Source: Utricularia gibba (lineage: Eukaryota; Plantae; Magnoliophyta). Taken from it: DNA of 64,000 nucleotides. Both the position numbers and the translations under genes were made by a program. The stretch lies in assembly GCA_002189035.1 (NCBI GenBank), contig NEEC01000007.1, positions 3,038,001-3,102,000 on the forward strand. Reading direction: 5' to 3'. Numbering within the stretch: the first letter of the stretch is position 1; the number at the start of each line of letters is the position of its first letter. The notes beneath the pieces were generated by a model. The model made no database searches. It was not told the origin of the DNA and saw nothing but the letters and a program-made list of their open reading frames with translations. Positions 13,030 to 27,600 of the stretch are shown one piece after another.

Positions 13030-13287
13030 TAAAAATGAGATCCTATGTTTTTGTATCCCCCCCGATTGGTGGTGACAAAATGGCGCATGTTAGTTGGATG
13101 TCGCGTTATGAGACTAACGTACACGAGGCGTGGCGTACCCCCTCCTTTTTCCGCTTATTTCATGCTTCATACTTCACCAAATTTTCGAATCCCATGCATA
13201 TACATATATACACAGCAGTGATAAGAAGAAAAGACGTAATGTTATGTACAAACCAGGGGGAGGAGGTGTATTGGCTATTCAGTTGTG

Positions 13288-15012
13288 TCATGTCCAGTTC
13301 CTCTTGGAACGAAGCTTGGTGAGCCTGTCCCTCCAAGCAGCTGCATCAAAACAGGGAGGTTGCAGCAGAACGACAGAGGAAGGGGATCATCACATGGAAG
13401 GAAGTTCAAAGGGTACCTGCATCCTTGTACCGTTCTTCGACTGCTGCAATGAGCATGTTTCGGATGAGATCGAACTCCTTCGTCTCGATGCACAGCTGCC
13501 CGGTTGGTCTGCACGGATCGGAAGCACCATGAGTGTGGATTGTAAAAGTCGAAATAGTTGTATATGAGATGTGAAAAAAGGCAAAAGCATGTTGAGAGAC
13601 CTGTCCAGCTCTGAGAACAGCCCATTGGATGTGGAGCTCGGAGATGTAAACTTGGGTGCTTCAACAATCCTCATGCCATCGCTATATGCCAGGTACCTGT
13701 TGACTTGTATAGGAACCTGCACACCGATTATGCCTCAGTTGGATATATGCAGTTACAAAACAAGCGCTAATCTCTATAACTGCAGTTGGATCAACTACCT
13801 TGCATCGAACTCCAATGTTAATGGCATCAGATGGTCGAAGATCAAAGCTCACGGACTCGGCTTCATTGCCCAACTTCAGTTATCACAAGTAAGGATCATG
13901 AGTCACATATGTGAGAAGTAAACAACCCAAACTCTAAAACCTGAGTTTCCACACATTTGTAGGTACTAGGTTTAGTGTGAAAATATCACAGAAGAAACTT
14001 TTCTGTGGTTACAGAAAGTTTAATCAACAAAGTGACGATGGTTACTTTCACAAGGTGCAGTTCTGCAAAATATGCATCATGCACTCGCTTGGTGACGCGC
14101 ACAAGTTTTACCTGCGGTAGGAGAAGATGAAGAAAAATCAGAGAACTCACAGAACACACTCAATTCCCTTGTAGAGAAACTTGAACTCACAGCGTATCCC
14201 ATCTTCTCAATCATCTCCAGAATTACTTGATATACAGTTGGCCTGACCTGAAGAATATGAAGTGTGATATCACAAACTGGATTAAAAAAAAATGCGAGCT
14301 TTTTTACCAGTGATGCGGAGGAAGATGGACATACAGTGGGTGCATTTCGAAGAGCCGCCATGAGCAGCACATTTGGCATCTCCACTGGTACAAAAGGCAC
14401 AGAACAACCATAAGAACTATCTCAGACCAGGAGCTGGTCATGAAGGTGAAATCATCAAACATACAAACAATTATTGGGAGAACAATTCCAGTGCCATCTT
14501 CCATCTTCAGAACAATCGCAGGATGTGGAGCATACTCTTGCAACCGACCTCCAAGAGTGTTGTTAGGGCGCATCTCAAAAACCTACCATCTCCCATCTTG
14601 ATCATGAAACCATCAGGACCACTTCTCACCTCAACTATTCAAAACAATAAAACCAACGCATCAAAGGGAAACTACAGCTCCGATTCGATTGGAAGAAACA
14701 ACAAGCTAAAGAACAAAATAGTAGGGAGATAAAAAAGTTACCAGCGTCAATCACACTAGTATTAACATACTCCGAGTCAGTCTCACTGGAATTCCCATCG
14801 CCCTGAGAGGATGAACTGAAACTACATAGAACAGGCTCCCCTTTCCTAAAACTCTTTCTATCAGCCCTTCGGCAACTGAGGCCCACCATTCCACAGAACC
14901 CACTTTTCTTAAGCTTATGTCTCAGCAGTTGAGAACCAAATGGCACAGAGTATTTCTCGGTTTGTTGTCCTCGAACCGCTGGGCAAATTACAGAACCTCG
15001 CAGAGAACTCAT
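13288..15012 (-). CDS. BBD: Bifunctional nuclease BBD1/BBD2 homolog (DUF151 DNase-RNase domain), with an apparent 1-nt frameshift at ~14566-14568
   Basis: Exons: MSSLRGSVICPAVR...EYVNTSVIDA | VEVRSGPDGFMIKMGDGRFLRCA...YAPHPAIVLKMEDGTGIVLPIIV | EMPNVLLMAA | VRPTVYQV | VKLVRVTKRVHDAYFAEL | VSFDLRPSDAINIGVRCK | VPIQVNRYLAYSDGMR | ETKEFDLIRNMLIAAVEERY | WRDRLTKLRSKRNWT*. Confidence 0.92.
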
Positions 15013-15804
15013 TTCGAATCCCTTCAGTTAACACAAGACGAAAGAAATAAAGCCACAGAACAAGAAAGCTCCTCCCACTTACAGTCTTAACTAGACACCA
15101 GAATTCCAAGCAACAGAAATCAAGAACAGATTTACCCAATTCAGAAGGCAATCAACTTTTTCCAAATATTCAGAAAAAGCTCTCTCCCGCACAAATCACG
15201 ATCAACCCACTAATCACCCAACCATCCAACACCATCAACTGAAAACCATAACCAATTCTGTGTGTTCCAACCTTGATCATCCAAGAGAGCCACGAGAATC
15301 AGAAACGACAAGCAGGCGAAAGAGTGCGTCTCAAGATAAAGATAAAAAGAGATTCCTTGGGAGAAGATGCAAGATAACGACATAACTGCGGTGACCGGTT
15401 TATGGATAATGCTGATGTTTTCTTTACATTTATTATTCTAAATTATTTACCTTTTTTGGTGTGCACATTATTACTATAATTTAGGGATGAAATACAAAAT
15501 CTGTCCATATGTTAAATATTATATAAATATAATTTTTTCAACTTAATATGTGAAATAAAATGTATAAATAGTCAACTTATCAAATGATTCATAATTTCAT
15601 TGAAACTTTGTAAGCGTACAAGCTTTCACTTTTCAGACAGGAAGTGTCTAAAATCTACATGAAGATGAATCAATCAGAGAGAGGCTGCATGCACTTGAGA
15701 GTCGAAACAATGCCAATAACACCATTCGCAATCAAAAACAAATCTAATGGCTTCCAGGGACACATACATACGATGACTCCATCCAGATTCAGACAGCAGG
15801 CTGC

Positions 15805-18800
15805 CTACAGTTCACTGACCTTGCAATTGCGTACGTACAGGTGGTCGTATTTTATGTACTTGGTCCAGTACGACTTGTACTTGGTCATGGCTATCTCCAG
15901 CCACGGCTTCATGTTTCCATTGTAATGTATCACGGCGGCGTTTTCGATCTCCGACCGATCGATGCTGGGGTTGTAGCCCAGACCGAGCACGTGCCATGAC
16001 TTTGAAAGGGGGTGGGTGAGCCCGTAGAATGTCATCAGACCCGGCGGCAGTGTCCCAAGCTTCCACAGCACCCTGTCCTCATTCTGGGCACGCCCCGGAG
16101 AGAAGAACAACTTAGACAACTAGTGTATGTGTCGAGGAAGAAAGATACAGAAGAAAAGACATACCATGTTCTGCCATTTATGGTATATGCCTGTTATGTC
16201 CTTCTTCTTCCATTCCTTGAGGTCAAAAATGTTCATCCCGTATGCCCATCCGCATGCATTCGGGTCGAAATTCTTGGCAATATGGGGATTTGAAAAGTTC
16301 AGGTACTTGTCGAACCGGTGGAAGCTCTCACCACAGGTTTCGACTGCGCCATTGACCTTTCCATGGAGGTCGACGGACCACAGCCCTGTCAAGTCCTTCT
16401 GGACGACGATGTCATCATCCAGGAAAAGAATTTTATCCAACTTTGGATAAACCTGAGGCAAGTAGAACCTTAGATGGTTGAGCATTGAAAGATATTTAGG
16501 ATTCCTGTATTTTAGGTTGGAGGAGCCAGCTGAAAGTGTTGTAGGATGTGAAGCCTTGAAATAGTATTCCTTCATGGCAGCAGACGTCAATTGACGTAGC
16601 ACTGGACAGTAGGATGAGTTCAGCCACTTGAATTCATCAACATTCTCCACATGAATGGTGGCTTTTCCGGGAGGATTCAAGAGGAACCACATATTCATTG
16701 CACCAAAGTTCAGCTTATCAGTCACAAGATGGAAAACATGTTTCTCAGGTTCCTGTTAAGAGAAACCAATTCAGGTCAGCAAATATATGACTAATGAAAA
16801 TCATGAGATGTAGTGTTCATGCTGCCTCTAAAATTGTGAACCTTCCAAAATATACATTCAATGAAAGTGGGTAAAAGATCTGCACAATCAGCCAAGGATC
16901 TAAATCCCAGGAGAGACAACAAATTCTGAGGAATATTGGATAAGATAAAAATGAAGGGTCTAAACCACCTTGGCATTCATGATGGTCGAGTTGACAACTA
17001 CTGATGCTGCAAGGACGTTGTCAGAAAATAGAGCATAATGGTAAAGACTTGGGTTTTCCAGATTTTCCCTCCGTGGAAAGATTCTCTTCTCAGGTGGCAG
17101 GAGGTAATACTCTATTGTCAAGCGCATAGATAGACAGTGAATTCCATTAGGAATTGTCTTTGCAGCCAGTTGGCTAAGAAATGTACTCTGTTTTTTCAGA
17201 GACCTAACTTGCTCATCTGCAGACTGCAGCATGGCTCGAAGTTTGGCAGTAACGAGATTGCAGTCATAAAATTGCTCTTTAGCTTTAGATAGAACTTGCC
17301 CCATCAGTTTGATTTTTTCAGGTGCACTGCATCAGAACATATTAATGTTGAAATGATCTACTAACAGAACAAAAAAAAATTAGCACACCCAACCAATGTA
17401 AATCATTGTAGTACCTGTGCATTAAGTCAGAATCAGAAGTTGCATCACCAAGTGAGCGCTGGCTTTCCTTGAGCTGATTTTGCAACTCATTGGCTACTTC
17501 AAGATTGTTTTTAATCTTGGCAAGGCTTATATATACTCTTGCCATTATCATTTGGTCACGTATCAACCGAACTGTAGAATCTGAATTGTCATTTTCGTTT
17601 TCTTTCCTCCATATACTGTATTTTCCTAGAACTGCAGATTCAACTGAATTCGAGCGATTGATAGCAGCATTTTCAAGTTTTACAATCATTTCATCATCTT
17701 GCTTTAACAAATAAGCCACACGTTTTTCGCGCCTTTTTTGTCTCAATTGCTGTACAACAAACACACTCCGATTTTAGGTCCGAGTTCAATAAAAAACATC
17801 AAGGAGGGATACTCAGAAAAAGCTCACATTTGTGTCAAAAGGAACAGATGCGAAATATCATAAAAGAACAGTACATATCCATGAACTACACAAGTAAAAC
17901 CGGAAACTCACCCTTCTAGCCAGTTGAGCAGGTGTGTCTCGGGAAGCAAGGTTAGCCTCTGTATGAAGCATTGACAGGGTGAACAAAAGTCATAAAAAAA
18001 TTACTAAAAAAACTGACTGTGCAGCATTTGGATGAATATTACCATTAGAAGTTTGCTCCTTGACTCCATATTTGTCTTGCTTCTTCTTGAAAGGAACAAA
18101 ACTCTAAAAAATTTTGCACGCAAATAAACGATGCACCATAGGACAGAATAAGAAGACAGTGGACTAAATTTTACTTGACCAACCTTAGAGCTGTCATACT
18201 GCCCAGCAACTTTCCAAGATGCAGAGAGATTTTTTCGAATGTTTTTCACACCGTAAAGACCTGAGTCGTCTATACTGTCATTAAGGGCATCTACAACCTA
18301 AAATATTGTATCAAATTCGTGGAGATGTTCATCAAAACACAATTCCAAGAAAACCTCAATAGCAGTTACCCACTACTAAATTTACCTCCTTAGTGAGAAA
18401 AGATTTAAAATGCTTCACAGCTAGCTTCACCCTCCAATCTCGATCCTGTAAATGGAACAAGTCTCATTTCTTATTACAAAAAACCAACATGAGTAAGCAT
18501 GAAGTATACAAAGAAGAAGCACCTTTCCACTGACATGAGTTTCTGATACAACTTGACCTGTGCAAACAAAGAGACACTTCAGCCATTGGAAAGAACAATA
18601 CAAAACGAATTGATACACTGAGAGTATAATCAGAAGAAAAGAAGGAAAGCAAATGTAACCACTAAGATGCAAAAAACGATACTACAACAGCCTCACGCAC
18701 TGCACTCTTAGTGAATCGAGATAAAAGTAATCCAAAATATCCCCCAATCGATTCCAAATCGTCATTCATTACGTCTGAATCATCACCCACGCTATAACTA

Positions 18801-19030
18801 CCCAGCCAACCAAATCTGCACAAGAAAAACCCACAACAAACTTCAAACGCAGAGTCCCATCAGAACTCACCGGAGGAAGCAGCTGCAGCCACGTGATCCG
18901 GGCTGAACACACAGAAGTAGAACGCCAGAAACGAGAAACAGGCAAGAAAGCCAACAATGTGAAAGCGAGATCTAGCGCTTTCACTCATGTCCCTGCCCAC
19001 TCCAGAAAACGATCCTCTACGAATCGGCAT
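15805..19030 (-). CDS. GAUT1: Galacturonosyltransferase 1 (GT8 family), multi-exon
   Basis: DWRVKLAVKHFKSF, NLSASWK, AVLGKYSIWRKENENDNSDSTVRLIRDQMIMARVY, HYALFSDNVLAASVVVNST, KILFLDDDIVVQKDL, WKLGTLPPGLMTFY, HYNGNMKPW. GT-AG junctions are in frame. The ATG at 19030 is followed by a TM segment. Confidence 0.93.
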
Positions 19031-19416
19031 CCTCTGTCCCACGCATTCAAGAATCTCACCCTCGAGTTACCATATCACACAGCCCCCGCAGCCACCATTA
19101 CCGGAAATGAAAAACGGCGACCCAGATCCTGACTACTGTTAGTGAAGAATCCCAACGGACGGCATTGGGGGCTCCTTGATCGGCAAAGAGTTCTAACTAT
19201 GAACACGAAGCGAGGTGCATCGATTATACACTTGCATTTTGCACACCCAGAGCATCGAAGAACACTAGAAAAACAAAAAAGTGAAAGAAGCGTGCGACGT
19301 CGTTTTGAAGAGTTTTTTTTATATAAAATATAATTATAATTTATCCACCGACACAGAAAATAGGCTAAAATTGTTGAAACGTTCACTCAGCAGTCAGCTA
19401 ATTCTACTGGACACAG

Positions 19417-21921
19417 TTACGCGGTATTGGGAGCTTTGCCGCCGAACAAGCTGGCGAAGAGTTTGGGAGCTAGAGGAGGAAGATTCATGGGCCGAGGAGC
19501 CATGAAATTGACAAGCTTTTCATGAACATTGTACCTGGGGCACAGCAATCTGATGAGAACGAGCAAAGCAAACCAAGATGATCTATTACCACCACACAAC
19601 AGTGTAAACACTCACCGGATCTTCCGGCTCTTCGAGGCACGCCGGTCGACTGCTTTTCTTTTCTTGGTTTGGAGTCTTTTAAGAGCGTAAAAGGCCGTTT
19701 CTGATGCATGAAACAATTCATATAAAACACTCCTAAAAAACTGGTATTGTGGTGCTAGTAGCGCATGGGATTGACTATCATCTTGTGCAAACAAGAAATC
19801 TTACCGGAAGACGATGGATCAACTGCCTCGAAAAACTCCTTTAGTAACTGCTGGTAGAACTCTGAATCGTCCAGAAGCTCAGGGTCACCATTTGCTAAAG
19901 ACCCCTGCGCTCAGAGTTACAAAATGTTGAGGGACTTGCAGAAGAGTAAAACATCGCTCCTAGAAAAGCACAGCGATGGTTATCGATGAAAAACAGATGA
20001 ATACCTCAGGCAGGGAATTCTCGTTAGAATTGGGAACCTGCAGAAGAGCAAGATATTTCAATGTTCTGCGCGATTTATTGAAGATATAAGAATTGCACCC
20101 ATACATACATTTCCAAAAACATGAACCGCTGATCTGTTCTGCTGCATACCCTTAACCATTTTACTAGGATCCCTCATATACGAATCCACTTGTTCGCTTA
20201 TACTCTGGTTAAAGGCATGTAACTTGCTCTTAAGTGCAGCTGCTCCAGTTGCCACTAGAGCCTTCCGCTGCCATCTATCAATTGATTTGTTTCTAAAGGA
20301 GAATGTTCTGCAATAAACGAGTGGCGTTCATTAATCAACTGATTCATTAAATTACAGCAACCGAAAAAGTTGTAAGAGTATTAGATAAAACAGTAACATC
20401 CAAAAGCAGATAAAACGCATGCTCTCGGTCATTACAGGCCTCTTGTTAAAGCTAGCCAAAAGAGAACAATAGAGAAGTTTGCCATTTTGACAAAAGGATA
20501 TACATCAACAAACTACCTGGATTGCATCTCAGAAATGCGTAACCATTCTTCATCCAGATCTCCATCCAAACTTACGGAAGGCGACACTGGTTTGGCGACT
20601 CCAAGTGTATCATCTTGCAAAGGGGGAGAAATAAAAGAGCCTAAGGTTCCAAGTATTACAGATTTTCATGCACAACAAAAGAGCAGAAATATACATACCA
20701 GCTTCTGGTGAGAAGATTTCAGGATTGTTTTTCAGCAGCGCCTGCCAAAACTTGATTGTTACTATAATGCCTAATGAAGCTCAAGATAAACATTATGAAT
20801 CTACAGTTCCAAAAATGAAGTGCACCTGCTGCAAATCCAGTATAGCATCTAAAGTCTTCTTTGATGACACGAGCAATTCTGAATATGATTCACTTACCTC
20901 ACTATCAGCTTTGCAAAACAAAGACCTAGTTGGATCCTGCATATGCAGTTGTCTTATCAGCAAGCTTCTATTTTGCATTACACTGCATAAAGTAACAATA
21001 AATAACCAAACAACCAGTGGAAGCCGATTTGAACTTGAGAAGGGTTTCTGCAACAGGAATCTGACTTCAAGTGTCTTATCCCAAATAGCCTAGATGAAAG
21101 TTTGAGATGGGACAAAATAGTCATGCGAGGAGCTACAAGCAAAAGGGTAACGTATTGCGAAAATGGTGTTGCTTCGTACCCTTTGATTTTTAACAGCTTG
21201 ACCTTTTCGAATATCCTCATCCTTGTGGCCCTTTAGATTTCTCAAAATATTTCTGGATTCGAAAAAGATTATAGGATACAAGATAAATCAATCATCAAAA
21301 CATAACAATGAACTCATAAAAGCTCAACAAAATGAAGGTAAATGAACTCCATCTCAGCAACGTGAATGCACTTTTATTCGTGTAATGAAAAAGAAACATA
21401 CTTGAACTCTTTTTATCACTGTTTTTAAAATCATTCGACTCGTGTTTAATTAGTTTCTAAATTACAAGACGCAACGCCAATGAAACAAGGGAGTTAGTGT
21501 AGAAAGCCAACAACTTACTGCTCTTCATCTTTAAGTTTTTTGTACTCTTCCTCCAGCTCCTTCATCTCGTCATTTTTTAGCGCCTCACCATCACTATTGT
21601 CACTATCTTCCATATCCTCAACAGAACCTTCTTCCTCATCCTCGGATCCCGCCGTAAAATAATCATCCTCTTCCGAGTCACTGATTCCCTAAAATAATCG
21701 CAACACAAACTGCATTAGTTAATAATCACAAACTGCAATCAAGCAGACATTCAAATCGATTTCGCATTCTATCATAAATCGATTGTCGGTACACCAAATT
21801 CCTAAGTGCACAAGAAAACCTTGTCACTATCAACATAACCCGTGCGAATCAAAGCTTCCTCTTCCTGCGGCGGCGGTGAAGGCGGCGTCAGTTCCCTCTT
21901 TCTTCTCTTCATGCCGGCCAT
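19417..21921 (-). CDS. AATF: AATF/Che-1/BFR2 (TRAUB domain) nucleolar ribosome-biogenesis factor, ~12 exons
   Basis: Acidic N-terminus, then KGQAVKNQR | AIWDKTLEVRFLLQKPFSSSNRLP, FRNKSIDRWQRK, LDDSEFYQQLLKEF, VDRRASKSRKIR | YNVHEKLVNFMAP. All exons are in frame. Confidence 0.92.
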
Positions 21922-22747
21922 CGAAACCGCTCTTGTCCACCCGTCAAAGAAGTTGCGTTCGCGCTTTACGTATTCGTGTCTTCCCAATCTTCTAACGAGC
22001 CTTGGCCCAACGAATCTGAACATCGAGAGTTGGGTTATAGCCCAATAGTTTACTATTTTATATATTAATTTTGTTTTAAATTTTTTTTTAAGAATTTATT
22101 TACTTTAAATGCTTGGCGCCAACAGTGCAGGTCCATCGTCCCTGAAATTGCTGTGTTTTGTCCTATTTTCATGTGTGGAGGTGCTGAATTCTCGAAGATG
22201 GCCGCGATGCCGGGGCTCTTCATCGTCTCTCTTTTTTGGGCATGAACATATGCCTCTACTTCTCATTTGTTTGCATCTTCTCTCTCACACACGCACAAGA
22301 GCTTTCTCTCCGACCCTCTAATGGGGGTCGATTAAGATTGCATTTTTCACTTTTAGACTCCTGTGCTGGTGGGTTTCTCTCAAGATAACTGATCCCTTCA
22401 TTGGGGTCCAATAGGTTTGGTCCAATGTGTGTTTTCAGAATTTACAAATTGATTTTTGTTCTTGATGGAATGCTGTTTGATGAATTGCAATGTCGAATTC
22501 TAAGATCATTTGGGATCATTTGTAATATTCAAGAATTGTTATTATTTTATGTTATCTACTATGATATCTAAAATTCTTCTCTTTTTTAATGTGTAGAAGA
22601 AAATAAAGGAAAACTACGTGTCTTAAAAGGCAAGCATAGAAGTTAACTTTCTTGAAAAAAAGAGAGGAAATTTATGCTTTTTGATTGCTCTTCATGTACA
22701 CTTGTGTGGGAGAAAGAAAATAGGAAGATAAAGTGGATTAGGAGGAA

Positions 22748-25700
22748 ATGAGTTCAATTTTAGGTGAGGAGACAATCGATTGGGAGAACCAGGATTCAAA
22801 TGCACAAGAGGAGAAAATCTTTGTTGCAATAAGAGTGAGGCCATTGAATGACAAAGAATTGGCAAAAAATGATGCCTCTGAATGGGATTGCATCAATAAC
22901 ACGACCATTATATTCAAAAATACTCTTCAAGAACGCTCTTTGCTTCCTACTGCATATACATTTGGTTAGCTTTTTTGATAAAACACTGTCAATTTTCTTC
23001 TTCTAGGAGCTACTTTTTAAATTTTCTTGTTTGGTTGGAGCAGATCAAGTATTTGGATGTGACGTTTCCACTCGTCAAGTGTATGAGTCTACTAAAAAGA
23101 TTGCTCTTTCTGCTTTGAGTGGAATTAATTGTGAGTACTCCATATTGATTATTTTTTTAGAGAAATAGAAATTCCAAGTTTCAAGCACTAATCTTTTGCA
23201 AGAATGATATAACTTTTGTTGCAATGAACCTTCAGCTACTATTTTTGCTTATGGGCAAACTAGCAGTGGAAAAACATACACCATGACTGGAGTCACAGAT
23301 TATGCAGTAGCAGATATATTTGACTACATAAATAGGGTACTTCGTATCAATTTGAGCCTTGATTTGATGAAGCTTTCTGATATATTGCATAAACTACAGC
23401 ACATTGAAAGAGAATTTGTTTTAAAATTTTCGGCCATCGAGATCTACAACGAATTAGTTAGGGATCTTCTTTGTTCAGATGGTGCTACCCTCAGGCTTTT
23501 AGATGATCCAGAGGTAATAGAGGTTATTGAATGCTTTCTCTTTTCTTTTCTATTACATCATATTTGTTATGTTCCAGAGGGGAACAGTTATTGACAAACT
23601 TACAGAAGTTACATTGAAGGACTACAACCATTTAAAAGTACTTCTATCAATTTGTGAGGGTAAGTAAATGCATCTTTTTTTCTTATTTTTTTGGTGTGAA
23701 TTTTGCTTAGCTTTTTTGAAATATATTTTTATCAGCTCAAAGGCAAATAGGAGAGACTAATCTCAATGAAGTGAGCTCAAGATCCCACCAGATTTTGCGC
23801 TTGGTATGCTATGTTCAGGGTGCATTTTCTTCTCCTCTAAAAAAATGTCATCATATATATATGTTGTGCACGCGATCTTTATTTTCAGACAATTGAAAGT
23901 GAAACCCGTCATTATATGGGTGCAGAAAATGCTAGCAGTCTAACAGCTTCAGTGGTATGTAACAAAAACATACTTCTTCTTTTAAGAACCAACTTTCATC
24001 AATTGTTCTACTAACGCATAATTTTTATTTTCTTTTTTGAAAGAATTTTGTTGATCTTGCGGGGAGTGAACGTGCTTCACAGACATTATCAGCTGGAACA
24101 CGACTAAAGGAAGGGTGTCATATCAATCGGAGTCTGCTATCTCTTGGCACTGTTATTCGAAAATTAAGGTGCATCTAGTTGCCGCTTCTGGATTTCGAGT
24201 TATATTCTAACCATAAACTTTGTTAGATCATTCATCTTGGTTTTCATGTTACAGCAAAGGAAGAAATGCACATATACCATACCGAGATTCCAAGTTGACA
24301 CGTATTCTTCAAAATTCATTGGGTGGCAATGCTAGAACAACAATCATATGTACTCTAAGCCCAGCTCATAGTCATGTGGAGCAATCAAGAAATACTCTCC
24401 TATTTGCTAGTTGTGCTAAGCAAGTTAACACAATGGCACAAGTGAATGTTGTTATGTCCGAAAAAGCACTTGTGAAACAATTGCAAAAAGAAATTGCCAA
24501 ACTCGAGAATGAGTTGAGGAGTTATAGGTCACTTTCTACAGTATGTGCTTCAGCATCAACTTTGAAAGAGAAAGAACTTCTAATTGACAAGGTAACTTGA
24601 CTGTTACTTTTGGATAATAGAATAGCTTTGTATTTAGTCAATTCCTCTTGCATATTGTAGATGGATAAAGAGATTAAAGACTTGATCCATCAAAGAGATA
24701 TGGCTCAATTTCGAATGCAAGATATGATTCATTTAGGAGAAGAGTATTCTCGATCGAATTTGTGGGTACGTCAACAAGATTATCTAAATGTTGTTAATGT
24801 TAGCATGAGGTAGTGCTCAATTTTATAGCTGATTCATGGTTCTTTCTATAGACAGATGAATATTCACTCTCAGAAACATCAGATGCATTTGATCCACTTC
24901 ACTTTGATGCTGCATCAACAGTTTCATCTGGAACACCTCACATCTCAGAGAGATACCAAAGAACACTTTCAAGCAGAATTGAGGAGCCTTTCCCAGAGAC
25001 TAATGAAGAGCAGTTTTTATCAGATAACACTTCACCAACACAATATATAGACAAATACTTCGGTCCTGATCCCTGCAAGGATTGGGAGAAGATCACATTA
25101 GACACAACTAATAATGTTGAAGATGAGTGCAAGGAGGTTCAGTGTATCGAAGAGACTCCACCAAAAGAAACAATCTTCCTCTATTGCACACCCCGACATC
25201 GTCAGTTGTTTCAGGTTGCAAGTTTTTTGTTTTTGTGGAAGATTTTGATGATTAACTTGACGCTTCGACTAATCTTCTTGTTGAAAATTATAACATCTAG
25301 AGCAATCTTCATTCACACCGGATGATTCTCCTATTAGTATCAAGAGGAGCAAAAGCTGTGAAGCAATCTTCACTACATCCATAGATCATTGTGAGGTGAA
25401 AAGTGGGGAACTTCATGATGCTTCTAATGAGCCTCTTCCTACTGAAGTCTCCATTAGGAAATCCATGAATGAGCTAGAGGAAAACCTTGTTGATTTGATT
25501 AAAGAAAGCATTGAGAAGTTGGATGAAGCACATTTAAAGAAACTCATTCATTTATTTGAGCTCAAAGCAGTTAACAAGATTGAAGACATTATGATGAATA
25601 GCCCCGATTCAGAAGAAGCAAGGCGAACAGAAATCAATGAAGTAATAGAGCCTGAATCAGTTGAATGTAACTATGTGAAGATGATACCAGAAAATGAACA

Positions 25701-26494
25701 AGCATATGAGGAAGAAATCATTAGTGTGACTGAGATATCTTCGTTGAAAGAGCTTGATGAAATGATTAAGCGAAAATCGGTTGAACTCGAAGAGTTAAAG
25801 CCCAAGGTAGATAAAAAGGTACACTACATTGCAAAATTTTATATATCATATGAGAATCAAATCTTTGTGCCAAATGCAGGATATAGGAGATATAACAGAA
25901 GGAATAATTGATGCTACAAAGTCAGAAGATCCAACAAATGTTGTTAATAATTGGAGTATTGAGTTCGAGAGGCAAATCACAGAGATCATTTATCTTTGGG
26001 ATGCTTGTCACATCCCATTGATTCATAGAACTTATTTCTTCCTGCTCTTTCGTGGGGACCTCTCTGATTCCGTCTACCTTGAAGTCGAGCTACGACGTCT
26101 AACATTTCTCAAAAAGGCTGTACATGGAGTGGTGAAAGATGACACTCTTAATACTTATCTAAACCACAGCACCAAGGCTTTGAGCAGAGAAAGAGAGATG
26201 CTAAGCAGAAGACTATTGAGGAAATTCACCCTTGAGGAACGTGAAAATCTGTATAGGAAGTGGGGAATCAGCCTAAAATCCAAGCAAAGACGACTCAAGC
26301 TATGTCATCGGCTTTGGAGCAATCCGGCAAGCATGGAACACATCAATGAGAGTGCTAGCATTGTAGCCAAACTTGTTGGCTTCAAGGGAACAAGTGAAGC
26401 TCCTAAAGAAATGTTTGGTTTAAGTTTTTCACCAAGGCCTCATAGTAAGTTGAAACATTTCATTTGGAGGTGTAGTTTGCCTTCAATAATGTAA
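22748..26494 (+). CDS. Kinesin-7 (CENP-E/NACK family, KIN-7E/F-like) with C-terminal DUF3490
   Basis: [10 protein letters not shown]-loop GQTSSGKT, switch I SSRSHQI, switch [43 protein letters not shown] and [26 protein letters not shown]. About 13 exons. Confidence 0.93.
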
Positions 26495-26879
26495 ACACAC
26501 TTACAATTCAACTTCTTACATATTGTGAAAGTATTCAATTACATATCATTTCCAAACAATTTTTTTATTTACATTAGAAAATAAAAATGAATGTATTGTT
26601 TTATGTATTTACAATAGTATCACATTTTACTCTAAATATTGATGATGATTCTGCAAGTAAACAGAAACCATCGAAATAATAAAATAAGATCGTATCCACA
26701 AAGAATTATTATTAGAATTTCTTTTCAAAACAATGACTCTAAAATACCTAAAACAAGATAAAAAACTAGTTTTAAAAACAACACAAAAGTAGCTTAAGAT
26801 CTAAGATTCACGTTGCTTAAAACTCGTTCTTGCGTGTGTGCAAACCTTGAGAACTAATCTGTTTGCGCAAACTTTGGAG

Positions 26880-27600
26880 GTATTATTCTAAAGTAGAGAT
26901 ATTCGATAACCATTATAGTACTGTCCCTTATTTAGTGAGATTATAGAATCAATCACGTCATCAGAGTCATTTCACCTTTTGTGATAACTTATGTTTTCTC
27001 CACACTTAAATTTAAGCCCTACACTTCTCACCTTGTAGACAAATTAGATAGAATGTGTCTTATCAACGATGTCTGATTGGGTGCTTGAGGTCAATTCGTG
27101 ATTTTGCCACACTCCCTTGGAAATATATGGTACTAAAGAGCACGTTGGTAAAGAAAGCGTTGCAAAAAACAGAATATAATTTTAAATTAAATGTCGAAGA
27201 ATATAGCAAGACAATCACACGTGTAAGACTTGCGCAAGCAAGGTTTCACCACAGATCTTTAACCGCAAGCACTTACATGCGCAGATTCGACTCTAACATG
27301 AAAATAAACACGAAAATAAGTAAAAATACAAGAAAAAAGTAGTCAAAGAGGTCTTTAATGGTTGAGAGAGTGAGATATTTATAGGAGATAAGATCCAAAT
27401 TTTCGTATTGAGCTTGCTTGATGGGTTTGGATAAAATCTGTTATCCAAATCTTTTATTCAAATTTTCCAAAATTATCTTCAAATTTTTATCTTATCAACG
27501 AATCTTGGACTAAATTTTCATCGTTTAACTAAATCTTGGGCTGAGATTTGTGAGCATCAAATCTATAATTTGATTAGGTCTTAATTTCTATTTAAATTAA
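26880..27600 (-). mobile_element. Possible decayed Ty3/gypsy LTR remnant
   Basis: The minus strand has an LTR-like promoter string CCTATAAATATCTCACTCTCTCAACC (~27365-27390) and repeated GCGCAAG-type motifs. No termini or TSD were identified. Confidence 0.3.

Noticed and set aside
26790-26830. Resemblance to miR403 (AGATTCACG...AAACTCG)
   Set aside because: It has a multi-base insertion and mismatches relative to the mature sequence, and no convincing star arm.
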